64,000 nt of DNA. It comes from Mobula hypostoma. Taxonomy: Eukaryota. The DNA lies in contig NC_086098.1 of NCBI RefSeq assembly GCF_963921235.1, positions 3,410,001 to 3,474,000 on the forward strand. The letters run 5' to 3'. The first letter of the stretch is position 1, and every line of letters begins with the position of its first letter. The notes under the pieces were generated by a model. The model worked only from the letters and a program-made list of their open reading frames with translations. It did not search any database and was not told where the DNA came from. Positions 26,409 to 40,754 of this stretch are shown here, piece by piece. The translations under genes and the position numbers were made by a program.

Positions 26409-28319
26409 GATCTGCTGTAATCTCTGCCAGCATTTCTTTCCAATTTACTATGGCCAACTCCTCTGTCATACCACTATAATTTCCTTTCCTCCATTGAAAT
26501 ACGGCCACATCAGACTTTACTTTCTCCCTATCAAATTTCAAGTAGAACTTACTCATATTGTGATCGCTGTCTCTTAAGGGCTCTTTTACCTTAAGCTCCC
26601 TAATCACCTCCAGTTCAGTACCCGACACCCAATTCAGCATAACTGATCCCCTGGTCGGCTCAAAGACAAATTGCTCTAAAAAGCCATCCCATAGGCATTC
26701 AACAAACTCACTCTCGAGATCCATTACCAATCTGATTTTACCAATCGATGTGCATGTTGAAATCTCCCATGACTCTCATAACATTGCCCTTTTAACATGT
26801 CTTTTCTATTTTGCATTGTAATGCCTCCACAATCTCTTTACCACCTCCTTCAGAACCCTGGGATGTACAGCATCCAATGTAGGTGACTTATCTACCTTCA
26901 GGCCTTTCAGTTTCCCAAGAACCTTCTCCTTAGTAATGGCAACTTCACACACTTCATGAGCCCTGACACCTGGAGATTCCACCATACTTGTAGTGTCTTC
27001 CACAGTGCAGACGGATGCAAAATTCTTTCAGTTCATCGTCATTTCCTAGTCCCCCATTACTACCTCTCCAGCATCATTTTCCAGCAGTCTAATTTCCACT
27101 CTTGCCTCTCTTTTACACTTCAGGTTTCTGAAGGAAATTTTGTTATCCTCCTTAATGTTATTGACTAGCTTACTTTCGTATTCCATCTTCACCTCCTCAA
27201 TCACTTCTAGTTGCCTTCTATTGGTTCTTAAAGTTATTGCAATCCTCAAATTTCCACTATTCTTTTCTCTATTATATGCCCTCTCTTTGGCGTTTATGTT
27301 GGTTTGACTTCCCTTGTTAACCATGGTTCTGTTCTCTTGCTTTTGAATAGTTCTTCCTTTTTCATGTGCCTTCCAAATTGTTTCCAGAAATTCCCGCCAT
27401 TGCTGCTCTGCTGGGGATGCCCTGCCAGTGTTTTTTTTAATCAATTCCAGCCAATTCCGTTACTCCACTGTAATACTAATACATCTGATGTCAGCTTCTC
27501 CTTCAAGTTTCAGGGTGAATTTGATCATATTATGATCTCTTTCCCCTCAGGGTTCTTCTACCTTAAGCTCTCTAATCATTGCACAACACCCAGTCCAGAA
27601 AACCTGATCCCCTAATGGGCTCAACCACAAGCTGTTCTAAAAAACCATCTCATAGGCATTCTAGAAAATACCCCTCTTGGAATCCCACTCCAACCTGATT
27701 TTCCCTATCTACCTGCATTTTGAAATCCCCCATGCCCATTGTAAGTTTGGCAAGCATTTTCTATCTACATTGTAATTCGTAGACCACATCCTTATTACTG
27801 TCTACAATTCCCATCAGGACCCTTGCTTTTCCTTAGCTCTATCCACAATAATTCAACACATTCCAACCCTATGTCACCTCCTTCTAATGATTTAATTTCA
27901 GTTTTTACCAGCAGAGCCATGCCAACCCCTCTGCCTTCCCACCTATCGTTTCGATACAATGTGCATCTTGGATATTAAGCTCCTAGCTATAATTTTCTTT
28001 CAGCCATGATTGTGATGCCTATCGGTAACTGTGCTAGAAGTTTATCTACCTTATTCCATGTGCTGCACTTTAGTCATGTATTCACCCTTTATGATGTTGT
28101 CCATCTTTTACATTGCAATTCATCTGGCTGACTGTAAGTTTGCCCTGACATCAACCTCTCCTTGTTAGGAGTCTCACATTCCTGTTGTTCGCCACACATT
28201 GCTTCTGTTTGTAAACCAACTACCTCATCTTCAGCACTATCACTCCCGTTCCCATCCCCCTGCCAAATTAGTTTAAACACACCTAAATAACTCTCATTAG
28301 CCTGCCCACAAGGATATCA

Positions 28320-31300
28320 GAGGGATAGGAAGGTAGGCAGAGGGGATGGTATGGCTCTGCTGGTAAAGAATGGCATTAAATCAGTGGAATGATGTGACAT
28401 AGGATCAGAAAATGCTGATTCCTTGTGGGTTGAGTTAAGAAACTGCAAGAGTAAAAGGACGTTGATGGCAGTTATATACAAGCCTCCCAACGGTAGCTGG
28501 GATGTGAACCACAGATTACAACAGGAAATAGAAAAGGCGTGTCAAAAGGGCAATATTATGATAGCCATGGGAGATTTCAACATGCAGGTCGATTGGGAAA
28601 ATCAAGTTGGAAATGGATCTCAAGAGAGCGAGTTTGTTGAGTGCCTACAAGATGGCTTTTTAGTGCAGTTTGTCACTGAACCTATGAGGGGATCAGTTAT
28701 ACTGGAACCATAGAAACTACAGCACAGAAACAGGCCCTTTGGCCCTTCTTGGCTGTGCAGAACCATTTTCTGCCTAGTCCCACTGACCTGCACACGGACC
28801 ATATCCCTCCATACACCTCCCATCCATGTATCTGTCCAATTTATTCTTAAATGTTAAAAAAGAACCCGCATTTACCACCTCGTCTGGCAGCTCATTCCAT
28901 ACTCCCACCACTCTCTGTGTGAAGAAGCCCCCCCCTAATGTTCCCTTTAAACTTTTCCCCCCTCACCCTCACCCATGTCCTCTGTTTTTTTTCTCCCCTT
29001 GCCTCTGTGGAAAAAGCCTGCTTGCATTCACTCTATCTATACCCATCATAATTTTATATACCTCTATCAAATCTCCCCTCATTCTTCTACGCTCCAGGGA
29101 ATAAAGTCCTAACCTGTTCAACCTTTCTCTGTAAACCTTCTCTGCACTCTTTTAACCTTATTTATATCCTTCCTGTAATTTGGTGACCAAAACTGAACAC
29201 AATACTCCAGATTCGGCCTCACCAATGCCTTATACAACCTCATCATAACATTCCAGCTCTTATACTCAATACTTCGATTAATAAAGGCCAATGTACCAAA
29301 AGCTCTCTTTATGACCCTATCTACCTGTGACGACACTTTTAGGGAATTTTGTATCTGTATTCCCAGATCCCTCTGTTCCACTGCACTCCTCAGTGCCTTA
29401 CCATTAACCCTGTATGTTCTATGTTGGTTTGTCCTTCCAACGTGCAATACCTCACACTTGTCAGTATTAAACTCCATCTGGACTGGGTGTTATGTAATGA
29501 ATCAGAGACGATTCAGGAACTTAAGGTAAAAGAACTCTTCGGAGCCAGTGACCACAATATTATTGAGTTCAACTTGACAGGGAGAAAGTAGAATCTGACT
29601 TAGCAGAATTTCAGCAGAGTAAAAGAGATTCCAGTGGTATGAGAGAGGAGTTGGTAAATTGGAAGGAGCTGCTGGCAGGGATGACAGCAGAGCAGCACTG
29701 GTATGAGTTTCTGGGAAAACTGAAGGTGGTGCAGGATAGATGTATTCCAAAAGTGAAGAAATACTCCAATGTCAAAAAAGTATAACAGTGGCTGACAAGG
29801 GAAGTCAAAGCTAATGTAAAAGCAAAAGAGAGGGCACACAACAAAGCAAAAATTAGCAGAAAGATAGAGGATTGGGAATATTTTTAAAACCTACAGAGAA
29901 CATTAAAAAATCATTAAGGAAAATATGAAATATGAAAGCAAGATGGCAAACAATATCAAAATGGATATTAAAACTTTTTCAAGTATGTAAATATAAAAGA
30001 GAGATGGGAGTGGACATAGGACTACTAGAAAATTGAGCCAGAGGAATAATATAGGGAGACAAGTAAATGGAGATGAAGTAAATGAGTATTTTGCATCAAT
30101 CTTCACTGTGGAAGATATTAGCAGTGTGCCAGATGTTGAAGGGCGTGAAGGAAGAGAAATGAATGTAGAAACTATTACAAAAGAGAAGGTGCTCAAAAAT
30201 GTGAAAGACCTAAGGGTATGTAAGACACCTGGACCAGATGAACTGCACACTAGGGTTCTGAAAGTGGTAGTGCTAGAGATTGTGGAGGCATTTAGCAATG
30301 ATCTTTCAAACATCATTGGACTCTGACATGGTGCTAGAGGACAGGAAAATTGCAAATATCACTCCACTCTTTAAGAAAGGAGGAAGGCAGCAGAAAGGAA
30401 ATTATAGACCAGTTAGCCTGACTCAGTGGTTGGGAAGATGTTAGAATCAATTGTTAAGGATGAAGTGATGGAGTACCTGGTGACAGAGGACAAGATAATA
30501 CAAAGTCAGCGTGGTTTCTTTCAAGGAAAAGTGGTTCTTTTCTCTCTTTATATTAGCTTAATACTATATATGATTTTGACAGTGTATATTCCTTTCTTTG
30601 TACTATTATTGAAATATGTATTTGAGATAACCTGGTTTGTATTTATCCTTATTCTTTTAAAATCAATAAAAAACAATTGAAAAAAAAGCCTGCCTGATGA
30701 ACCTGTTGGAATTCTTTCAGGAGATTACAAGTATGATAGATAAAGGGGATGCAGTGGATGTTGTATATTTGGACTTTCAGAAACCCTTTGACAAGGTGTC
30801 ACACACGAGGCTGCTTACCAAGTTAAGAGCCCATGGTATTACAGGAAATTTACTGGCATGGTTAGAGTATTCGTTGATTGGTAGGAGGCAGCGAGTGGGA
30901 ATAAAAGGATCCTTTTCTGGTTGGCTGCCGGTGACGAGCGGTGTTCCGCAGGCGTCGGTGTTGGGACCACGTCTTTTCATGAAGATGGAGATTTAGAAGA
31001 TGGAATAGATGGCTTTGTTGTGAAGTTTGCAGATGATACGGAGATTGGTGGAGGGGCAGGTAGCCTGGAGGGAACAGGTAGGATTGTAGAATACCATGGA
31101 CAAATTACAAGAAAGGGCAAGCAAGTGGCAAATGAAATACAATGTTGAAAAATGCATGGTCATGCACTTTGGTAGTAGAAATAATGTGCAGACTATTTTC
31201 CAAACGGAGAGAAAATCCAAAAATCTGATATGCAATGGGGCTTGGGAGTCATTGTGCAGAACACCCTAAAGGTTAACTTGCAGGTGGAGTCAGTGGTGAG

Positions 31301-31990
31301 GAAGACAAATGCCATGTTAGCATTCGTTTCAAGAGGTCAAGAATACAAGAGCAAGGATGTGATGCTGAAGCTTAATAAGGCACTGGTGAGATTCACCTTG
31401 AGTATCTCACCAGAGATTCACCTCTGGACCCTCTCTAATGCCAGCACATCTCTTCTTCCTCTGAGTTCCTCATTGAAGAAGAGATGTGCTGGCATTAGAG
31501 AGGGTCCAGAGGAGGTTCACAAGGTTGATTCTGGAATTGAAAGGGCTATCATACAAGGGATGTTTGATAGCTCCTGGTCTGTACTCACTGGGATTTAGAA
31601 AGATGGTGGGGGGTGGGGTGGAAATATCACTGAAACCTTTTGACATTGAAAGGCCTAGACAGAGTAGAAGTGGAAAGGATGTTTCCCATGGTGGGGGAGT
31701 CTGGGACAACAGGGCACTACTTCGGATGGGGGGGGGTGCATCCATTTAAAACAAAGATGCGGAGAAATTTCTTTAGCCAGAAGGTGGTGAATTTGTTACC
31801 ACAGACAGCTGCAGAGGCCAGGTCATTGGGTATATATAAGGTAGAGATTGATAGGTTCTTGATTGGACATGGAGTCAAAGGCAACGGGGAGAAGGCCAGG
31901 GAATGGTGTTGAGGAGGGGAAAGGTCAAGTCAGGCAAAGCAGACTTGATGAGCCAAATGGCCTAATTGTGCTTCCTTGTCTTATGGTCTT
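28320..31990 (+). mobile_element. Decayed CR1 ORF2 (AP endonuclease to 3' UTR) with nested insertions
   Basis: WVELRN...MGDFN (28423), KTPGPD (30033), YLDFQKPFD/GVPQ (30697) and FADDT (30921). An antisense CR1 is nested at 28706-29481. Confidence 0.88.
30531..30687 (+). mobile_element. AT-rich poly(A)-tailed insertion, probable L1/Tx1-type 3' UTR
   Basis: Interrupts the CR1 'QGK/SCL' codons and ends aataaaaaacaattgaaaaaaaa. Confidence 0.5.
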
Positions 31991-32618
31991 ATACTGAACC
32001 CCTTGGGTTCAGGTGTAACCCATCCTTTTTGTATAGATCATACCTTCCCCAAAGAAATCCCAATGATCCATATCAAAAGCAGAGATAGCCTAGATTATCA
32101 GGAACAAGCCACAAATATTGTTTTAAAAACATGTAGTTCTGTTGGATTAGTAAACTAGCACATACAATTCAATCTGTACAAGTTTGAGAAAATTAGTATG
32201 GGGCCAAGGTCGCCGACTATATTAAATGATCCAATTGGAAGTATATGATGGGTTACATGTAAAATGCTGTTTAAGTGGTTGAACAGAAAAATAAGGCTAC
32301 AGCAGTATTTGGATTTTAATGAGAAGGCTTCATTAAGTCTTGAATGTTAAAGCATTCCTTACATTAATTCAAAGATATAATTAGTTCTTTTCTAATATAT
32401 GTATGTTAGTATATCTGTGCACTTGTAATGCTACTGTGACACTGTAATTTCCTTTGGGATCAATAAAGTATCTATCTATCTGGTAGAAAATATGAATCAA
32501 ACAACATAATGCTAACTACACTAAAATGGAAAATAATTTTGAGATGAACAAAGTAAAGATGAAGATTGTTTTGATTGGTACAACTTCAGCCATTCATCGG
32601 ATGTTCCTGTACATGTTG

Positions 32619-34740
32619 ACCATAAAACGTAGGAGCAGAATTAGACTATGTGGCCCATCAAGTCTGCTCTGCCACTCAATCATGGCTGATCCTTTTTTCC
32701 CCTCCTCATCTCCACTCCCCGACCTCTCCCCATAACTTTGGATGCAATGTTTAATCAAGAACCTATCAATCTCTGCCTTAAATACACCCAATGACCTGGT
32801 CTCCACAGCTGCACGTGGTAAAAAATTCCACAAATTCACCAACCTCTGGCAAAAGAAATTTATCCTCACCTGTTTTAAATGGACACCACTTGATCATGAG
32901 GCTGTGCCCTCTTGTCCTAGATTCCCCACCATGGGAAACATCCTTTCCACATCTACGCCTCGGCCTTTCAACATTCAAAAGGTTTCAATGAGATTCCACC
33001 ACCCCCCATCTTTCTAAATTCTACTGAGAACAGGCCCAAATCCATCAAACATTCCTCATACAATAACACTTTTATTCCAGTTGTGATCTGTGGTCCACAT
33101 CCCAGTCACTGTTGGGAGGCCTCTATATAACTGCCATCAGGGTCCTTTTTGCCCTTGCAGTTTCTAAACTCAACCCACAAGGATTCAACATCGACATCCT
33201 GAGTCACACCTTTCGATTGGATGCCTTTCTTTACCAGCAGAGCCGTGTCACTCCCTTTGCCAACCTTCCTATCTCTCTGATACAATGGGCATTCAGCTCC
33301 CAACTACAACCATCCTTCAGCCATGATTCAGTGAAGGCCTGAACATCACTCCTGACAATCTGCAATACTGCAACAAGATCATCCATCTTGTTTCTTATAT
33401 ATACCCCATGCATTGAGATATAACGCTTTGAGTGCTGTATTTGCTACCCTGTTTGAATCTGCATCCCTAATGCACTGATGCTCACCCTGCTGGCTGCAAT
33501 TTTACCCTACATCTGCCTGCCCTTCCCGATAGTCTGCCTCCTTCACCAGCTTCTCAGCGACACATTTATCTGCCAAGTCATCCTGTTTCTACCCTCACTG
33601 GGGCGTGGCACAGGTAGCAATCCAGAACTCACTACCCTGGAGTCCTACTTCTCAGCTTTCTGCCTAGGTCTCCAAATTCTCTCTTCAGGAGCTCGTTGCT
33701 TCTCCTTCCTACAACATGGGTACCAATATGTACCAAGACATCTGATCTGGTTGCTCCCCTCCCTCTCCAAAATGCTGTGGACATGATCTAAGATATATCT
33801 GACCCTGGCACCTGGGAAGCAACATACCATCTGGGTGTCCCATTCACGTCCACAGAACCTCCTGTCTGTTCTCCTCACCACTGAGTCGCCCATCACTACC
33901 ACTCCCCACTTCCCTTCTGCACCATGGACCATGTGGTAAACTATATATATATTTATTGCAACTCGGTTACCTGTCTGGACACGCCCCTCTGCTGACTGCC
34001 CCTGTGGCTCCTCCCACAGACCCCTGAATAAAGGTGATTGGGTCTTAGCTCATTCTCTCAGTCCAGGGGCAGACACTCAACATGCTGGAGGTCACATTTT
34101 ACTGTGAATAAAAGCCTTTCAGTATTTACTCTACTTCCAGTCTTTTGGAGTTATTAATGTTGCATCAGACCATGAGCAACACCAGTGACCTGGTCTCTGT
34201 AGCATTCCCCTGGGAGGTCATCCCCCACCACAGAATCCAAAATAGTACACTTACTATTGAGGGGAATGGCCACAGGGGTGCTCTGTACTAACTGCCTATT
34301 CACCGTCCCATTCCTTCCCCTGACAGTCGCTCAGCCACCTGCCTCCTGCAACTTAGGGGTGAGTACTTCCCTGTAACTCCGATCAATGACCTCTTCACTC
34401 TCCCGTACAAGCCAAAGGTCATCCAGCTGCTGCTCCAGATCCCTGACATGGTCTTTAAGGAGCTGCAGCCGGATGCACTTCATGCAGATGTAGTTCCCCG
34501 GGAGACTCTGGGTCTCCCAGGACTCCAACCTCCAGCATGAAGAACACACAATGGCCATTTAAACTACATTAAATACCCCTGACACAGGAAGAAAAAAAGG
34601 GAACTTAACAGAAACTTACCCGGAGAACTGACCCAGAGGCAACACCTCTTCTGAGCTGAAGCCTCCTTTCAGCCAAAGCCTGATACCCCCACTCACACCA
34701 CTGGCCCACTCCCAACAATGGCCACTCCAACATTGCTGGT
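32619..34740 (-). mobile_element. Internally deleted CR1 retaining the 5' region, ORF1 (zinc finger, coiled coil, SGNH esterase), endonuclease start and 3' end
   Basis: 34331-34558 has CSSC...CMKC plus LEQQLDDL, and 33645-33932 has VVMGDSVVR...PGARV. Confidence 0.85.
33932..34167 (+). mobile_element. Solo LTR, 236 bp
   Basis: TG...CA termini, internal aataaa, and a perfect 5-bp TSD gacca (33927-33931 and 34168-34172). Confidence 0.85.
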
Positions 34741-34904
34741 CAGAAAATCTGTCTTGGGTCTTGAGAGGATGCAGGAACAAGCAAAGTGACCATACGAAGT
34801 ATTTGAGGAAAGACATCTTCCGAAAGCATTCCTAATTCTTCATAGTCTCACTGAAGATTGATATATTGTCATCAGGAGAAGCAGAGTTGAGAAACAAATT
34901 GATG

Positions 34905-35610
34905 TTTTCCATTCTCCATTCTGGCTCATCCCTCACTCCTTCTCTTTCCCTCACCTGCTCATCACCTCCCTCCGGTGCCTCTCCTCCTTCTTTTTCTCCC
35001 AAAGTCCACAACCCTCTCCTATCAGACTCCTTTTCCTTCAGTCTACCTTTCCCACCTATCATCTCCCAGCTTTGCACTTCACCTCTCTCCCCCATCCACC
35101 ATCCCCTTCTCACCTATCATAAAACATAGAATAGTACAGCACAGTACAGGCCCTTTGGCCCACAATGTTGTGCCGACCCTCAAACCCTGCCTCCCATATA
35201 AGCCCCCACCTTAAATTCCTCCACATACCTGTCCAGTAGTCTCTTAAACTTCACTAGTGTATCTGCCTCCACCACAGACTCAGGCAGTGCATTCCATGCA
35301 CCAACCACTCTCTGAGTAAAAAATCTTCCCCTAATATCCCCCTTCAACTTCCCACCCTATACCTTAAAGCCATGTCCTCTCGTATTGAGCAGTGGTGCCC
35401 TGGGGAAGAGGCGCTGGCTATCCACTCTATCTATTCCTCTTATTATCTTGTATACCCATATACCTCATCTGCAAGTTTGTTCTCTTCCCTCCTCACCCCT
35501 CCTCCTTATTTTGGCTTCCTCCCTCTTCCTGATGAAGGGTTCCAAAAGCATTCAGAATGTCGACTCATAGATGCTGACTGACCACCTTAGTTCTTCCTGC
35601 ATTTGTGTGG
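34905..35610 (+). mobile_element. Penelope-like pyrimidine-rich 3' region with a nested antisense CR1 tail (35118-35455)
   Basis: CT-rich body resembling 49260-49515, followed by cctgatgaaggg...gtcgac...atagatgctg. Confidence 0.55.
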
Positions 35611-37107
35611 TGCTCAATAATTGGAATTCTTTCTTATGACATACATATTCAGATTACAAGTATTGAATTTGGAACCAGAATAGAAATACAGAAGTTTATC
35701 CAAATAAGTTATTTTTGCTTACTTAGTGGAACTAGTTAACAGGACGGTCTTAAGCACCTTAATCTGAAGGGGCAGATAATTGGATATCCTGTGGGACAAA
35801 AAGAATTTCGGAAAAAGGAAGAGAGTATATTAATCTATGAAAAATATGGTCAGCCACTCTTTAGTGTTTATTAAATTTATTTAGGTCTAGATAAAGTGGG
35901 TGTGGAGGGAATGTTTCCTACTGGGGAGTCTCAGACCAGAGAACACAGCCTCAGAATAGACTGGTGAATCTGTGGAATTCGTTGCCACGGGCGGCTGTGG
36001 AAGCCAAGTCATTGGGTATATTTAAGGCAGAGGTTGATAGATTCTTGATTAGTCAATGCATGAAGGAATATGGGGAGAAGGCAGGAGATGGCGGCTGAGA
36101 GGGAAATGGATCAGCCATGATGAAATGGCAGAGCAGACTCAATGGGCCAAATGGCCTAATTCTGTTCCTATATCTTATGGTTTTAAAGATTTAGTCAGAA
36201 AACAAGCTTACGTTTTCAAGCACATATGCTCTATAAAAAAAACTGCATTAAGATAGGTCTGCAAACATTCACACTGATGCAAAATATTTTAAGAAACACA
36301 AAAATTATGATAATCTTATCAGTGTTCTCAATGGTATTTTATATTTTACACAATGATATCCTTGCAACACAAAGTCATTTTCTCTTTATTTTGATACTGA
36401 TATGAAGAACTCTGTGATTGAAGTCAATGGAAGACCATGTTAGTGATTCTTTCGACTGCAATGGTCTAAGGCATATTGCTCAAAGGACATTTGTGCAAAA
36501 TAGATCATATATTTTATGCATGTCGTTGTCACCATCTTCTTCAGCCATGTGTTCCTCTATCACACCCTCTCTGAGCACTTCCTGTCTCAATCATCTGGCT
36601 GGTTTCATCTGTCACAAAACACGGAATGTGCAATGCCTGACAAATGGAACGGATTAAGTCTACATTCTACACCAGATTATATTTATTACATATTGTCCCT
36701 GACACAACACCAAAATCCCTACTCAATACCTGCTGCTCTAAATTCATTCAAACGTTATTTTGAAACAACAAGCTTAGTGAAAACTTTTATATTAATATTT
36801 CATAGTTTCAGAAAAAAGATTTCTAGCTTTATACATCATCTGCAAATAGCAGAGAGTATGTATGCTGGCAGCACACAGTGCTTTTTGAACTTATATTTTT
36901 ATTGCGAGATACAGTGCGGACTGGCCCTTCTGACCCCACTGAGCTGTACTGCTCAGCAAACCACCTACTTAACACTAGCCTAATCACAGGGCAATTTACA
37001 ATGACCAATTAACCTATCAACATCTTTGGACTGTGGGAGTCAATTGGAGCACCCAGAGGAAACACAAACTGTCACGGGGAGAATGTGCAAACTCTTTGCA
37101 GATGAAA

Positions 37108-37690
37108 AGACCACAAGACCATAAGACATAGGAGCAGAATTAGGCCATCTGGTCCATCGAGTCTGCTCCACTATTCAATCATGGCTGATCCTTTTATTTT
37201 CCCTATCTCCTCTTCAACCCCAGTTCCTGGCCGCCTTCCCGTAACCTTTGATGCCATGTCCAATCAAGAACCCATCAATCTCTGCCTTAAATACACCCAA
37301 TGACCTGGCCTCCACAGCTGCATGTGGCAACAAATTCCACAAATTCACAATCCTTTGGCTAAAGAAATTTCTCTGCATCTCTGTTTTGAAAGGGCACCCC
37401 TCTATCCTGAGGCTAGACTCTCCCACCATGGGAAACATCCTTTCCACATCTACTGTCTGGGCTTTTCAACATTTGAAAGCTTTCAATGAGATCCCCCCTC
37501 ATCCTTCTGAATTCCAGCGAGTACAGACCCAGAGCCATCAAACGTTCCTCGTATGATAACCCTTTCATTGCTGGAATCATCCTTGTGAACCTCCTCTGGA
37601 CCCTCTCCAGTGCCAGCACATCTTTTCTAAGATGAGGGGACCAAAACTGTTGACAATACTTGTGGTGAAACCTCACCAGTGCATTGTAAT
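37108..37690 (-). mobile_element. CR1 3' fragment
   Basis: ORFs 37214-37447 and 37413-37676, with a (cttatggt)n-type tail. Confidence 0.9.
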
Positions 37691-38458
37691 GATGTCAGAA
37701 TTGAACACTGAGCTCTGAAACATCCCGAGTTGTAAAAGCATCTCACTAAATGTTTTACTACAGTGGTGCCTGGAAAAAAATTAGATTAGCTTTAGTTGTC
37801 ACATGTACGTCAAAACATTGAACTATACAGCGAAATGCATTACTTGCATCTCAATGACCTGCACAGCCTGAGGATTGTGCTGGGGGCAGCCCACAAGTAT
37901 TGCCACACTACTGGTGCAAATACAGCATGGCCACACCCCACTCAACCTAACCCTAACCCGTACTCGTACTACCCGTACGAGTGTGGGAGGAAACCGGAGC
38001 AACTGAAGGAAAGGCATGTGGTCACTGGGACAACAGAGAGGACAGTGAGGATTGATGATTGATGGTGCTGTAAAGCTTGGCACGAATTGCCAATGCTACC
38101 ATTCTGCCTTGTGTAGATCCAGCAGAAAAACAAAACTTCCTTCATAACTTTCCACATTTTGGAGCATAGGAACACTAATCCTCTTCCACTATTTAGTTGG
38201 AATTAGTTTATGGAACAGCTATGGCCCATCTACAGTACTGTGCAAAAGTGCCCAAGGTGTTTACACAGTACTGTTGTAATGACCTTGCCTGGTGTCTCAG
38301 TGCTGGATGTGTCTGCAACCATGCCACACACTGCACCAGCACCCTTTCTCTGCCACCCATCTGACATCCCGTCCCACGGTGATCCACCCTCATCATTCCA
38401 AACATCCTTTTCTCCCGCCAGATTTACAAACTTGCTCCCCACTCCACACTGACAAATA

Positions 38459-38524
38459 GAGTACTATGCAAATATCTTAGGCACCCGAGCCATATATATG
38501 TGCCTGAGAATTTTGCACCGTTCT
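38459..38524. mobile_element. Tiny palindromic Tc1/mariner-type MITE
   Basis: gagtactatgcaaatatcttaggcac...gtgcctgagaattttgcaccgttct. The same TIR start cagtactgtgcaaaagt occurs at 13443 and 38233. Confidence 0.55.
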
Positions 38525-39058
38525 ATATATTCAAGGTTAGGTACCTGCTAGTATCCTTGAATCACAACAGACTATTAACTACAGGTTAGTTATGATCTGT
38601 AGAGTCTGATTTAACTAACACACAAGGTGTTACATTAACCTCCTCCAATGCTTTATCTTCAAATTTACCACCAAATGGACTCTAATTTTAGAAAGATTGA
38701 TTAAATCTCATCTCCTCTTTCCCCTTAACCCTCTGGCCCCCAACACCTCACATCATTCCCTCACAATGTGCCATCGCCCACACATCCCACTCACCAATTC
38801 ACCTTCTCCCCTTTATTCCATGGACTATTATCCTCTCTTAACAGATTCCATCTTCTTTAGCCCAATGTTGCTTTCTCCTGTCACCTCCGAGCTTCCTGAA
38901 TCATTCCCACTCTCTCCACCCCTCACCTGGATTCACCTATTACTTGCTCGTGCTGCACCCCTTACCTCATTTTTATGTAAGACTATAAAGCCATACGATA
39001 TAGGAGCAAAATTAGGCCACTTGGCCGATTGAGTTTGCTCCACCATTTCCTCTCAGCC

Positions 39059-39287
39059 TGAAGCACCTTCAATTACTCCAAAAGACTAAGGTTTGGTAAA
39101 ATACTGAAAGGCTTTTATTCGCTGTACAATACGACCTCCACAGTGAGTGTCTGCCCCCGGACTGAGGGGGAGGGGCAAGGCGAACACCTTTATACAGGAC
39201 TCTGTGGGAGGAGCCACAGGGGCAGTCAGCAGAGGTGTGTGTCCAGACAGGTAACCGAGTTACAACATATATACATGGTTTACCACA
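39059..39287 (-). mobile_element. Solo LTR, 229 bp, inserted in a CR1 tail (38980-39810)
   Basis: Reverse complement of 46487-46715, with a perfect 5-bp TSD cagcc (39054-39058 and 39288-39292). Confidence 0.88.
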
Positions 39288-40754
39288 CAGCCCCAGTCTC
39301 CTGCCTTCTCCCCATATCCCTTCATGCTCTGACTAACCAAGAGTCTATCAACCTCTGCCTTAAATGTACATAAAGACTTGGCCTCCACAGCTGCCTATAG
39401 CAATAAATTCTATAGATTCACTACCCTCCGGATAAAGAAATTTCTTCTCATCTCCAGTCTAAAAAGATATCCCTCTATTTTCAGGCTGTGTTCTCCAGTC
39501 CTAGACACTCCCACCATGGGAAACGTCCCTTCCACATCCACTCTTTAAAGCCCTTTCACCATTTGATAGGTTTCAGTGAAGTCACCCCTCATTCTTCTAA
39601 ATTCCAGTGAGTTCACACCCAGATCCATCAAACGTTCTTCATATGACAAGCCATCGAATCCTGGAATCATTTTTATGAACCTCCTTTGAACCTCTCCAGT
39701 TTCAGCACATCTTTTCAGAGATAAGGGAACCAAAACTGCTCAAAATACTCCCCGAGGACTCACCAGTGCTTTATAAAACCTCAAGGTAACATTGTTGCTT
39801 TTGTATTCCAGTCTGACTAACTACCCTCCTTCATTCCGATCCCGAAGACCCAAACTGCCGACGTTCTTCTCCAAGGATGATTCTTGACTCACTGAGTTCC
39901 TCCAGCATTTTGTTGTTGCTGTCAGAAATTTTAAGTTTTAAAATCAGCTCCAGTGGGTTGGTCCGCTGTAGTTCCCTCAGTGGAGATAGTTTGTACAAAT
40001 CCCCACTTCTTATAGTGGGTGCGAGTGTTTGTATCGAATCATTATCTGCCAATAAAAATGATGGGCAGCTTAGCATTCCGCAGATTTAATGGTGTGTGTG
40101 TGTGTGTGTGTTATTACAGGAAATATTTACTGCATTCACTTTTTGTAGATAAGCATAATATTTCAGAAAGGAAAGGCACCATGTTTACATGGAATTAAAA
40201 CTGACAAGTTCTATCAAGAACATAGCAATAACTGAGAATTTTGAAAATTTAGCAATCTAAGTACATCATACAAATCTGGGAAATGTACACAAACAATAAA
40301 GCAAATTTTATAAAACATATCTTTTTCCTTCAGAATTCCAACCAATGTTCTACAAAGCTTCACAAGGCAGTGGATATGGCCCAGTCCATCACAGGTAAAG
40401 CCCTCCGCACTATTGAGCACAGCTACATGAAGTGCCGTCGCAGGAAAGCAGCATCCATCATCAAGGTCTTCAACCAACCATGCCATGCTCACTCCCCACC
40501 GCTGCCATCAGGAAGGAGATAGAGGAGCTCCAGATCCTACACCACCTGAATCAGGAACAGTTATAACCCCTCAATTACTAGGCTCTTGAACCAGTGGGGA
40601 TAACTTCACTCAACTTCACGCCCCATCACTGAAATGTTCCCGCAACCTATGGATTCACTTTCAAGGAGTCTACAACTCATGTTCTTGATGTTTATTGCCT
40701 TTTGTTTATTATTATATTTGTTTTTTTTTTGTATCTGCACAGTTCTTGGTTGTT

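Larger units (their letters stand above)
23592..28318 (-). mobile_element. Composite decayed CR1 (3' UTR, RT, endonuclease, ORF1 end) with nested insertions
   Basis: Minus ORFs 24233-24505, 26347-26730, 26806-27003 and 27046-27444 all resemble the CR1 at 55287-58890. The endonuclease-linker region appears twice, so at least two copies are present. Confidence 0.8.

Noticed and set aside
36418..36983. ORFs of 79 and 155 aa in unique DNA
   Set aside because: Non-protein-like composition, runs into a SINE, and has no splice support.
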